Assembly (NCBI GenBank): GCA_964016885.1
Contig: OZ024745.1
Location: forward strand, 8,432,001 to 8,496,000
DNA from: Eledone cirrhosa
Lineage: Eukaryota
Direction: 5' to 3'
DNA length: 64,000 nucleotides
Shown: positions 37,576-49,379 of the stretch, in pieces
Numbering within the stretch: position 1 is the stretch's first letter
Layout: each line of letters starts with the position of its first letter
Program-made: the position numbers and the translations under genes
The notes under the pieces: model-generated
What the model saw: the letters and a program-made list of their open reading frames with translations, nothing else
Databases searched by the model: none
Told to the model about the DNA's origin: nothing

Positions 37576-40500
37576 ATGACCTCACTCAGAATAGGCAGCA
37601 TAAATGCGCGTGGCTTGGGGTCGTCATGGAAGCAGGGTCACCTGCTCAACGACCTCAGGTCACTAAACATAGATGTAGTGGCCATCAGCGAGACCAGAAT
37701 CTCCGAAGCACGGGCCTTCGCACCGATCTTCGGCGGCTATGATGTGTACGCATCTCCCAGCCGTCCTGGATCAGGGGGGAGGACTGCTGTGCTTTTTCGG
37801 AGAGGTTTGGATCTCGCCATACGGGCCATCTTCCTGGACCCAGAGGGTAAGTTGGTGGTGCTGGACGTGACCAGCGGAGACGGGCAAGCTTTCAGGCTAG
37901 TGGCCGTCTATGCCCCGACAGGAGCAGGGCGGCCTGATTTCTTCCGGCGTCTGGAGACCTTTCTTGGAACGTCCCGCTCTTTAGTGTTAGTGGGCGACTG
38001 GAACGGGATCTTAGAAGCACGCTGGGACTGTGTGGGATTAGCGGATAGGGGAGGATGGTGCAAGAGCCTCACCAACCTGCTCAGGCGTTTTGAACTGTCT
38101 GACAGGTACCGATTGGATTTCCCGAATGTGCCAATGTGGACTTGGACAAATCGAATAGGGTCATCCAGATCATATCTAGATAGAGTATTTTGTAGGGAAA
38201 TAGATAGGTCTAGCATAGGCTGTCCACAATTCAAAATAGTCAGCTACACGAACCACAAATTCGTGATCTGTGTGCTTGACTTAGATAGGCTTCATAGACG
38301 AGGACCCGGCTACTGGAAGCTAAACGCGTCCTTACCAGCGCGCAAGGCCTACAGAGACCAGATTAGCGAACTAGTTAAGCGGGCGTTGACGGGGGCCATC
38401 GTCAACAACAAGTGGTGGTTTGCTCTGAAAAGAGCGATTAGAATAGAGTCCATTAGGTTTAGTAAGGCTATAGCAATAGAGAAAAATAGAGCAGAGGGAG
38501 AATTAGTTAGAAAATTAGACGAGGCGCTTAGCAAAGGCATTGCGACCGACGTGCTTGCGGCGAAATTGGCCCTTGACCAATTCTTCAATGCAAAGCACGA
38601 AGGCTGCGTTGTCAGAGCAAGGGTGCGTGCTCTCAGACACGAGGGGACGAAAGCCGTTCAATGGGCCCGAGTGGCGGAGGCGCGTCGTGGCAACAAAGCC
38701 ACGATCCGGTCTTTGGTGGACCACGACGGGCGCATGCTACTCGATCCCGGGCAAATGTGTGAAGCTTTTCAGCGACACTTCGCTCAGCTGTTCGGGGGCA
38801 GCGGTGGGCCGGGTCGAGGGATGGACTTTGGTGTTTACCTCGACGGACTGCCGCGGCTCTCGGCCACTGAGGCGAAGTGTTGCGAAAAGCCGATAACAGC
38901 CGCTGAAGTAAGGGAGGCAATGACTGGCTGCACAAGGGGTAAATCGCCTGGTTTGGATGGTCTGCCCTATGAACTTTACGTACAGATGCCAGACTTGTTC
39001 GGAGGCCTCTTGGCGGACGTCTACTGCAACTGGCAACATAACGGGAGAATTCCCAGTTCTGTGAGCAGAGGAGCGGTGGCGCTGCTGAGAAAGGATCCGA
39101 ACAAGAGGGATAACATAGATAATTTCCGGCCCATAACTCTGCTAAACACAGAGTTCAAGATTTTGGCCAAGGTGCTAGCAAAGAGGTTGGCGCTTGTCGT
39201 TGGTGGTCTGGTGGGAGAGGCGCAGACATGCGCCATTCCCGACAGATCCATCCACGACAACCTCCAGCTCATGCGATACATCGTAGAGAGGGTAGCTAGG
39301 GAACCTGGCACGGGTGGGTCCTTGATCAATTTAGATCAGTCGAAAGCTTTCGATAGGGTCGAACATCGTTACCTAGCGGCAGTCCTGAGGGCGGCTGGCT
39401 TTGGGCCCGTCTTCAGAGGCTGGATCGCTGCCATGCACAGCGACATCTGCTCTGTGGTGAGAGTGAACGGTCACCTGTCGGAACCGTTCAACATCATGCG
39501 CTAGGTCCGCCAAGGATGTCCCCTCTCGTCCCTCTTGTACGTATTGACTCTCGAGCCATTACTGCACAAACTGGAGACGTTGAGGGGCGTCCCGCGCGAA
39601 ATAGGATGCGGAAGATCCGTGTCAGCATATGCGGACGATGTCACCGTAGTGGTGTCGAACGCCAAACACATCGAGGCGATCGGCACTACACTAAGAGAAT
39701 ACGAAGCGGTGACAGGAGCAATGATCAACCAGGAAAAGTCAGTGGGCCTGCAGCTCGGCACCTGGAGAGGCAGGTCCATGCCGTCCAACAGCGTCGTCGG
39801 ACGCTGGACGGACGGAGCGGTTAAATTGCTAGGGGTCTGGTTCGGTCCGGACCTCCAGGCGGACAAAAACTGGGACGAGGTGACGAGCAGGGTGGCTTCT
39901 CTCACCCAGAAATGGGCCGAGAGGAAGCTATCCCTGAAAGGTCGAGCGGAGGTGGCTAACACGTACATCGCGTCCGTCATCTGCTACCGCCTGACCGTCG
40001 TACCTTGTCCTAAGCCTCGCCTGACTGCGCTGGAGCGTTTGCTCTTTCGCTTTTTGTGGAAGGGACGCGCTCCGATGGTCAGGCGGTTCATCTGTTGTCA
40101 ACACCCGCTACGTGGAGGGCTGGGCATGCCGTGGCTGATGATGCGCAGGCACGCGCTCAGGCTACGACATCTCCACCTCTTCCTCGACGGTGATCAGGTG
40201 TGGTCGCCGTTTGCTAGACACGTATTTCCCCAGCTCGTTTCCTTGACGGAGCTGCAGTCCTGGGTCAAGCGAAGACCGAGAGGGAGCGCCTGGAGACTGG
40301 AATGTCTTCAGGCGCTCACAGCCCTCGACCAATCGGGCAATGTGATCGGTGGAAACTCCACCTCAGCGTTCTATAGAGCATTAGTGGAGGGGAATAGCGA
40401 CGACGTACTTGGGGAAACTCTAGGCGTCGACGAAAATCAACTAGCCAATCTCTTCGGAAGAACTTTCGGGCCGGGGCCTATGGACAACTTCCAGAAATCT

Positions 40501-40995
40501 CTGGCCTGGCAGTGCTACCGAGGAGCCTTGCCAGTTCGGGATAAACTCTACAGGCATGGAGGTGCCGTCAGCCGGGCATGTCCGAGATGCGCGCAGGGCG
40601 ACGAAACCGTCCTGCACGCACTCGTCCACTGTCCGAAAATTGCTGACTTCTGGGTTTATGTCGAACACCTGCTGTCGCGTTTAGGACGGATCCGGCTATC
40701 ATCTGAGTCCATCGTGAGGATTGCCCCGCCCTCCTCCTTTAGCCGGGAAGGGCAGGCAGTTTTTATCTGTCTGGTGGCCATGGCGAAAGAGATAGTATGG
40801 TGGACACGTTTGAAAGGGCTGAAGACGAGCACTTACCTCTTCGGTGTTGCTCTGATTGACTTTTTCAAATTTCATTTGAAAAGGAAAATCAGAGTAGAGA
40901 GGGAAGTGCTCTCTTCCCAGCATTTTGTTGAAAGATGGGTGAGAGAAGCAAGAATGGCCCGAGTGAATGGGCCTACTCTGAGTATATATCTGTAA
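37576..40995 (+). pseudogene. Copy D ORF2 (~1139 codons; APE-RT-zinc finger), one nonsense codon at 39502-39504
   Basis: ORFs 37576-39504 and 39535-40995 share a frame; TAG replaces the TCG (SVRQGCPLS) seen in copy A. Confidence 0.95.
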
Positions 40996-41243
40996 ATTAA
41001 AGGTGGAAAACTGGGAGAGGGCACTTGCCTTGGTGGTCAGGGTCATTGTGGCCTTTTACTGGGCTTTCTCCACAAATGTCCCTCCGAAGTCTCCCCCCTA
41101 TTGGGCAATTTTTCATTGTTATTTTTTGTTACATCCTCTGTTTTTGTTTTTTACACGCAGAAATGCCCATTTGTACCGTCCTGTATTGTCCTGCACTGTC
41201 CTTAATGTCTACTTTATGTAAACCCTTGTGGTTAATAAAGAAA

Positions 41244-41274
<31 letters not shown>

Positions 41275-41332
41275 CATCATCATTCGGGGTTGAAATATTT
41301 TTTTCAAGCTGATTTTATGAAAAATACAAGGT

Positions 41333-41388
<56 letters not shown>

Positions 41389-41924
41389 GCAATTATAAAC
41401 GTGATTGGCTGTTTGTTGTGAAATGGCGTCAAATGAAACGACTCGGGAAGCAAATAAAATATTTACTATGTTCTAATGAAAATGGGTTTTGTTGATTACA
41501 TTAATGTCGTTTGATGTTGGCAAGAAAATATCTAATTTCTTCCGGGCAAGGGTGCCCCCATGGCAGCTACTGGTGGTGGTGGTGTAGTGGTGGTGGTGGT
41601 GGTGGTGGTGGTGGTGGTGGTGATAACTATAATAACAACAACAACAGTTACAACAACAACAACAATAATAACAACAGTAACTACAACAGTAACAATAATA
41701 GTCACAACAATATTAACAACAAAACAGTAATAACAACAATAGCAACGATAATCACAACATTAACAACAACAATAAAAGTGAGGATAACAACGGTAGTCAT
41801 AGCAACAATAGGTGTCAGTGCTCTGTGCCATTCTCTGGGACTGAACCACCCCTAAAACTGACTGGGATAGGGCCTGTTCCGCTCTCCCTCTTTCCTTCGT
41901 TTGAGTTGTACCTGCATTGAAGAG

Positions 41925-42050
41925 GCCAGTCTTATCATACTGAATCTCCCTGAGATCTACATTAAGGATTTACGTGTCTGTGGAATGCTCAGCCACTTTC
42001 CCATTAAGTTTATGAGCAGTTAGTTCTGTTGATTGAATCAACGACTAGAA
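41925..42050. repeat. Interspersed repeat fragment, inverted homologue at ~56160-56250
   Basis: GAATGCTCAGCCACTTTCCC here versus GGGAAAGTGGCTGAGCATTC near 56180. Confidence 0.6.
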
Positions 42051-42419
42051 CACGTAATAAAGTAATACACTGGTCTAATACTGCAACATTTTCACAACGA
42101 TCTTGTCCTAAAAATTTTATAAATATTTAAATTAATAAAACCATTTTCAGATATTTTCTGCTAAATCTTTACAGGATCTTAAAGAGTTGATAAAGAATTG
42201 TTAGCCTGCAATAGAACTTTCTACCTTGTTGTTTAACCTGCTCGAAATGTACTGTGTATGTAAGGTCTCGTCACTCCTGCTGGTGTCGTATTGACATCCG
42301 GCGTTTCTAGGGCATTTTAAAGCCTGGTGGAGCCCATCTCTCTCCAGGTCTGAATACTGTAGATTTCTTCCAGAGAAGGATAGAAAGTGAGAGAGAGAGG
42401 AAATGAGAAAGAGATATAG

Positions 42420-42560
42420 ATGAAGAATCGACTCCAGTACTAGATTGGTACATTTTATCGACCTCGAAAAGATGAAAGGCAAAGTTGACATCGGCGGAAT
42501 TTGAACTCAGAGAGCAGAGAGCCGGAACGAATACCGCAAAGTACTCTATCCAACGTACTA
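42420..42560 (-). mobile_element. Diverged SINE copy
   Basis: TTTTATCGAC..GATGAAAGGCAAAGTTGAC..GGCGGAATTTGAACTCAGA. Confidence 0.75.
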
Positions 42561-43619
42561 AAAACATTATTCACCTATGCCTGAAATAACAGTATGATAA
42601 CCCTAAATAAAATCATATTATTATTAAAAAAAGAATGACGTAGTGTCTGGCGTTATCAGAGACACGCTTTGGAAATAAAAGGAAGATCATGGTTAGAACA
42701 CTTTTGATCATATGTATAATCTTTGGAGATGATCTGGGGAGATTGTTCACTCTGGAGGCGAATTATCAGCCATTGAATACATTTTTTACCAATGAACTTC
42801 ATTCTTTACAAATGTATTTCATTCTGAGATGACTACTAATCAATTACTTTGGTTAGTGTCCTCATAGCTCAACACAGTAAAAGTCATTTTAATACATGTT
42901 CTAAGTTCGTTTAAAGAATCGCCTGAAACAATGGTCAGTCTAGACCACAGGTTCTCAACCCATTTAGGCCAAACGCCCCCTTTTGTCCCTCGAAATCACG
43001 AAACGCCCCCCTACCCTATTTTTCCATTTTTCAATATACTACTGATTTTGATATCTGTAGATTACTAAAAAAATTAATTAACAATATTCCAAAGATACCA
43101 TTGCAGGCAGCTGAGAGTATAAATACATTCCTTGAAAGGAAATATATAAATTTCAAAAAAAGGAACATAAATGTTCTTTTTTATGAATAAGGACCAGTTG
43201 AATTTGTTATATTCCCACTAGGCGATACCAGCTATTTTGAACCTTTATACAAGAGCAACTCTATCCAAAGAGTGCTCTTATCTGGAAGAAAGTGGCAATT
43301 ATATCATTTCAAAGCTTTCTAATTTCCCTTTAATGAAATGGACAAAATAAATGTTGATATCTAATTTGATGTCCCCTCTGCTTTGTGAGCTTAGAGACCA
43401 CGGAAGAGGGTTTTCATGACCACGCGGGAGGGTATATTTATTAGTAAATGGTAAAATATATACAACAAATGAGTAAGTGAATTGTAGCAGATGGTTTCCA
43501 GTCCAGTCAGACTGCAACTACAAATAAAAAAAATTGTTAGTTTTCTTTGTAACAATAGCATATCTAAGTTTTCAGATAAATCAACTTACTTTAACTTTGA
43601 CCTCATTTCAATGGGACCC

Positions 43620-44670
43620 TTGAACTTCATGGAGTCTAGCTAACTCTTTGACGTCAGGCTGGATTTTCGTAAGATGCAGCCGGAGATCTCCACATGTAAT
43701 TACATTGTAGCGGTTGCGAGCCTTACTGTGCAGTCTGGAAACAGCACCAAACCTCCTCTTGACTAAGTATGAGCTTGGAAAAGGCAGAGCAAATCTCTTA
43801 GCCTCTGCATGTAGGTGTAGAAATCGACGCTGAATTTCTTCTTGTATCCAAAAAAAAGGGGTTCACCTATTTTGGGAAATCTAATTTTGATCATGTCATC
43901 TGCTTGAAGTTCAATGAATTCTTCCTGAAATATAACGTCCAAATCATCGACGTTAGCTATGAAGGGATATGCTACGCACATTGGGATGTCCATCGGCAAA
44001 AGGTTGACAAACCGTTCTCTCATGTTGTCTTGTGGCGCACGGAGGTGAGCGGTATACATTTGGAGTTGGTCATCACTTACAATGTTTTGAACATTGGCGA
44101 CACTAGGAAAATTATAGAATTCCCGTCAACAAAGATTCCTTTCGATGACATTCAATTTGGCCAGGAATGTTTTCACAGCATTCCTTGTTTAAGCAAGGTG
44201 ATCTTCTTCCCCTGCAAAGCCAAAATGACGCTATTGCATTTGTCAACGATGTTGGTGAGGTAGGCGCAGTTTTGCCTCATATCGAGGGTTTTCTTGTACA
44301 GTTCTGTGTTGCGTCCTCGCAGAAACTCAATGATAGAGTCGAACAGTTCAAAGAAGTGAGTAAGACACTTGCCCTTTGAAAGCCACCTCACTTCATTATG
44401 AAGGAGCAACTTGACGAATTCTTCGTCATTATCTTGGCACAGTTGCCGGAAAATTCGTTCATTGAGGGAATACCGTTTGATAAAATTGATGACATTAGGG
44501 GCCACCTGCAAAGACTTGCTCAGTGGCTTGCTGAGTTTCTTCACAGCCAAGTGTTGTCGATGAATGACAATGAACAACAAATACAGATAGATTTTCTCTT
44601 CAGAAGATTGACGAAACCCTTATGTTGGCCGACCATTGCTCTTGCGTCGTCCGTAGCACATGATACAATG
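43620..44670 (-). pseudogene. hAT transposase remnant
   Basis: VIHRQHLAVK, LLLHNEVRWLSKG and FPSSYLV-like motifs, multiple frameshifts. Confidence 0.85.
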
Positions 44671-45105
44671 TGTGTTGTATTTGGTCCTAGATGTATGTAT
44701 TACCTGCCTGTGTGTTGTAGGTAGTCCTAGATGTATGTATTACCTGCTATGTATTGCATGTGGTCCTAGATTTATGTATTACCTGATTATGTGTTGTATG
44801 TGGTCCTAGATGTTTGTATTACCTGATTATGTGTTGTATGTGGTCCTAGATGTTTGTATTACCTGCTTATGTGTTGTATGTGGTCCTAAATGTATGTATT
44901 ACTTGCCTGTGTGTTGTATGTGGTCTTAGATGTGTGTGCTACCTCCTTATGTGTTGCATGTGGTCCTAGATGTGTGTATTACCTGCTTGTGTGTTGTATG
45001 TGGTCCTATGTGTGTGTATTACCTGCTTATGTGTTGTATGTGGTCCTAGATGTGTGTATTATCTGATTATGTGTTGTATGTGGTCCTAGATGTGTGTGCT
45101 ACCCG
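44670..45105. repeat. 40-bp minisatellite (TGGTCCTAGATGTGTGTATTACCTGCTTATGTGTTGTATG), ~11 copies, inside the hAT
   Basis: Units at 44761, 44801, 44841 and so on. Confidence 0.93.
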
Positions 45106-45605
45106 CTTCTGGGATTTTTTTTATTTTTTTTATTTGTAATATTATTTATACAATAGGAAATAAAATAGATCTACATAGTGTTAACTCGTTACGGTTGAGT
45201 CAATAATTTCAGACATGAAATACATTGTTATCGGTGAAGGAAAGACAAGATTCTAACTGGCTGCGCTTGAAGTGTCCTTGACCCAGTTGACTGTGGGTTT
45301 TTCCATTGTTAGGATCTCAATTGCCAAGTAATGTCTAAACATGCCTGCACACCTGCTCACAGCTGCGGCCAGACTATAGTTATGCTGTCTGCATGCTCAT
45401 TCAAATGCATTCACACTGGCTGTCTCAAAGACATACAAATATGGCTTATAAAACTTACCAAAGTAAAGAGCCTTCCAGTGCACTCCAAAGCTCCAAACTC
45501 CCCCCTAATGCCCCCTTGCTCCCAAACGCCCCCCCCCCCCCCCCGGAGTTCCAAAACGCCCCCTGGGGGTGCATATGCCCCCCGTGGACAACCTTTGGTC
45601 TAGAC

Positions 45606-45725
45606 CAAATGTTATCAACCAATTTCGGCCAAACTTACTTTTGCCCCTCGAAATCACGAAACGCCCCCTACCCTATTTTTTCCATTTTTCAATATACTAC
45701 TGATTTTGATATCAGTAGATTACTG
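45606..45725. mobile_element. Left end of a second hAT copy
   Basis: Matches 42946-43066; begins directly after the shared GTCTAGAC. Confidence 0.85.
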
Positions 45726-46331
45726 GGCCAAATAAAGTTATGTTAGATTCTTTAAAAAATACTCGTACGAATTAAATACAAAAAGTTTCAGTCCAAAACA
45801 AAAGCAAACTATTTCAAATTATATATTTTTGAAAAATAGACGTGAATGTTCTCAAAGATTTGACCTCAGTCGAAAAAGCTTTTTTTTTAAATTCTATATT
45901 TCACTGTTAGCTGTTCTAATATTTTGAGTGGATAGACAATTATACAATTCAAACTGTAAAGTCAAAATACAAAAGATGCAAAATATGAAGAATTTCTTAC
46001 CTTTCTCTGGAATCACAAATTCAGGGGGGAAATAGTACCTTGCAGAATAAAATACCTCGTAGCAAAATAAAATACTTAGTAGCAACGAATGAATTGAGAA
46101 GCCTGGTGACAGTGAGAAAGAAATATCTGTATTCCTTATATATATACATAGATAGATATACACACACACACACATAAACGCGCACGCACACACAGACATA
46201 TATATACACACACATATATATATACATACATAGACACAAACTTCTGTGTGTGTGTGCCTTGGTTTTGGTACAGAAAGAATTTTGTCTCCAGTTTTTATTG
46301 CCAGGTCAAAGGCCACTGCTCTTTCAACAAC

Positions 46332-46396
<65 letters not shown>

Positions 46397-46402
<6 letters not shown>

Positions 46403-48569
46403 AGAAATTAAAAGATGGTTAAAAAAAGTTCCAAGGGGTTGTTATTAAATCCATCTTGGATAGAATTATCCCACAGGTTAGGTTTAAATCTCAACTAAAT
46501 TTATGGTTGGGTTCTTCTGATGCAATAGACTGGTTCAATGATCTAAATAATAAAAACAAACTGAAATGTATTCAATTAGTCATTGCTAACTATTACTCTT
46601 CTATTTCTCCTTCACTCCTAAACAAGGCTCTCTCATATGCGTTAAAATACACAGACATTACAAGTGAAGAAATAAACATCATTTTCACCGCAAGGAAAAC
46701 CATCTTGGAATTTAACAATGAATATTGGACAAGTGCGGATACTTCCAACAATTTCGACGTCACCATGGGTTCGTCGGATTCAGCTCAACTGACCGACTTG
46801 GTTGGAATTTTCATCTTGAACTCTTTAAACCGGAAAATTCCTCAACTTCGCGGTGGAATTTATCGTGATGATGCTCTTTTTACTGTCTCTAATTGTAACA
46901 AAGTAAACTTTAATATTATTAAGAAAAATATACTTGATCTATTCAAGCATCTTAACTTAAAAATTGAATTCGAGAATAATGATAAATTAGCAAATTTCCT
47001 CGATATATCCCTTAATCTAGATACCGGCCTATATTACCCATATCATAAGGATAATGAGAACTTAAATTACGTTAACTTTAAATCTAACCACCCTAACAAT
47101 GTTAAAACTGCGATAGTCAGAAGTGTAGAAAAAATAATTTCTAATTTATCCTCTAATAAAGATATCTTGAAGCTAATGCCAACTATTATAATAATGCGCT
47201 ATCTAGGGCTGGATATCCAGACAAAATTAGGTATACTAAGGAAACTAATCTTGGCAGAGCTTATAGTAACTCTAGTAATGTAGCTAGTAATAATCATACC
47301 ACTAACAAAAGGAGGAGACCTAGATATAAAAATATCCTTTGGTACAACGCTCCCTTCTCTCTTTCCGTTATTAATAATATCCCTAAATTATTTTTTAGGG
47401 CTTTATATAACAGCTTCCCTCCTTCACATATATATATAGCAAGATTTTCAATAAGCATACTATTAAATTCTCATATTCCACTACTTCGAACATTTTTAAA
47501 ATTATCTCAAGACATAATTCTAAAATTATCGACCCCGTAAGGATGAAAGGCAAAGTTGACCTCGGCGGGATTTGAACTCAGACCTTGCCATTCTGAGTTC
47601 AAATCCCGCCGAGGTCAACTTTGCCTTTCATCCTTACGGGTCGATAAAATAAAGTATCAGTAATGCACTGGGTAATTGCTGGCCTTGTGTCAAAAGTAGA
47701 AACAATTAAATAATAACTCATATGCATCCAACCATGAGTCATAATAAAAACACTATAAGGCCCGACGTCAATGTAAACTCTAGGCAAAATAACACAAATA
47801 TAAATACGACGTCAAACATAACTTTGAGGAATGCATCAAATAGTAATATAAATCTGGAAACTAGAGTACCTCCTTTAGTTAATTCCACCACTCCTAATCC
47901 TAATATAATTAATCCTGGGCCACTTGCCAATAACACTGTAAATAATCTTAATCGTAAATGCAACTGCCCTATTAGAACTAATTGTCCTCTTAGTAATTTC
48001 TGTCTCGATAAAAACCTAGTATACGAATGTAAAGTGGTAACTAGTACCAATACCTATACCTACATTGGCTCTACTTCTACCTCTTTTAAAGCAAGATTCT
48101 ATAATCATTCTTCTACATTTAAATATCCACTTAAAAGGACCAATACGACACGCTCAGAACTTATTTGGTCCTTAAAAGACAAAAACATTAATTACGAAAT
48201 TTCTTGGCGTAAAATCTACAACGCTTCTCCATACTCCAATGCTTCCATATCTAGTGTTTGTAATTTATGTCTAGTTGAAAAATTTACCATTATCTCGAAT
48301 TTCAACTCAATAATAAATAGAAGAACAGATTTATTTGGTCTTTGCAATCATAAATCCTTCAAGACCTTTCATAAAGTATATAGCTGATGTCCTATAACAT
48401 ATTCCACGAATAACAGTTAATTTTTTACACATATTTCATTATATTCTACAATGTATTAATTTAGTTTTCTCAGCATATATTAAGCCTTTGACCTTTTTTC
48501 TATAGCCTTAAATTTTCTTCAAACCTTCGTAGATTTTGTAAACAAATTATGACGTCATCTATATTAAAA

Positions 48570-48571
<2 letters not shown>
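46397..48571 (+). mobile_element. Penelope-like element (Naiad-type), 5'-truncated, frameshifted, between (TA)n tracts
   Basis: RT 46456-47283 (DVTMGS, GIYRDDAL, FLDISL, SNHP); GIY-YIG 47722-48387 (CNC..CPL..CL, LVY..YIG..FKARFYNH, CNLC..EK, INRR..CNH). Confidence 0.9.
47528..47708 (+). mobile_element. 5'-truncated SINE with an inverted duplication at its 5' end, inside the PLE ORF
   Basis: 47528-47582 is the reverse complement of 47592-47646. Confidence 0.88.
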
Positions 48572-48653
<82 letters not shown>

Positions 48654-48745
48654 TTTACATATATATATGCATACACATACATATGCGTTTTGCAACCGGT
48701 CACTTTGTGGCTCAATGAAAGATTAATAAATTAAACAATCAGAGC

Positions 48746-49226
48746 TATATATCATAAAACATGTCTATAGAATCACAAGATAAAATATATACTATTTCCT
48801 CTCCCAATTAGCATAATTAACTATATAAAAAATCGAATAGACCAGGCTATACGAATGAGGCTTCTATGAAGGAATCTCCGACAAATAACCAAAACTAGCG
48901 CTTCGCGTCGGTCGTAGCGGAGTATTTATCGAATATTTCGACAGCGTAATCGCCTAGATAGTCAACTAAGCAGAATTAGGTTTAAAATAAACTAGGAGAA
49001 AATAGAATACATTTAAATATCTCTACCATGGTTTCGTCCGTGTTTTGAGTTTTCCAATAATTATGTAATAATTATATAAACTCGAGCGCCGGATTCTTCA
49101 GGAAGCTCGCTCATATCTAGACATTTTCTCATAGTTTATTTTAAACCTATTTTTATATAGTTAATTATGCTAATTGGGAGAGGAAATAGTATATATTTTA
49201 TCTTGTGATTCTATAGACATGTTTTA

Positions 49227-49235
<9 letters not shown>
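48746..49235. mobile_element. Fold-back module with nested inverted repeats enclosing a hammerhead motif
   Basis: Outer arms 48746-48832 / 49150-49235; inner arms ~48977-49002 / 49123-49149; (TA)n on the right. Confidence 0.75.
49021..49104 (-). ncRNA. Type I hammerhead-like motif with long helix II
   Basis: Minus strand: TTC-CTGAAGA-a-TCCG..GAGTTT..AAACTC..CGGA-c-GAAA-CCATGG-TA-GAG; palindromic helix III, weak helix I. Confidence 0.62.
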
Positions 49236-49261
<26 letters not shown>

Positions 49262-49379
49262 GAGAGAAAGAGGGAGGGACAGAGAGAGTAAGAAATGTGT
49301 GTGTTTGGTACACGTCTATCTATCTATCTATCCATCTCCTCAAATAAAGAAACATATCTATCTATCCATCTCCTCTCAC

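Larger units (their letters stand above)
35194..41245 (+). mobile_element. Tx1-like LINE copy D, full-length and nearly intact
   Basis: (TTA)n on both sides; both ORFs free of frameshifts, each with one in-frame TAG. Confidence 0.95.
42946..45597 (-). mobile_element. hAT (Charlie/Buster-like) DNA transposon
   Basis: TIRs CACAGGTTCTCAAC / GTGGACAACCTTTG; 8-bp TSD GTCTAGAC at 42938-42945 and 45598-45605; ACGCCCC subterminal repeats. Confidence 0.88.

Noticed and set aside
39502-39504. Programmed readthrough of the in-frame TAG in copy D ORF2
   Set aside because: Copy A has TCG and copy E has Ser at this conserved position, so it is a nonsense mutation or a sequencing error.
37908-41046. Antisense and alternate-frame ORFs recurring over Tx1 ORF2 copies
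   Set aside because: Expected shadows of a GC-rich coding frame repeated in homologous copies; no independent motifs.
46456-48387. Selenocysteine recoding, as reported for some Naiad elements
   Set aside because: No in-frame TGA at conserved cysteine positions is visible, and no SECIS was recognised.
48384-48420. CTGATGT...GAAT right after the PLE stop as a hammerhead
   Set aside because: Both boxes deviate from consensus and no helices form.
48690-48730. GCAACCGGTCA...AATAAA as a hammerhead 3' half
   Set aside because: GAAA is altered and no 5' core or helix II is present.
48833-48976. Segment missing from the inverted tail copy as a spliced intron
   Set aside because: No GT..AG boundaries on either strand.
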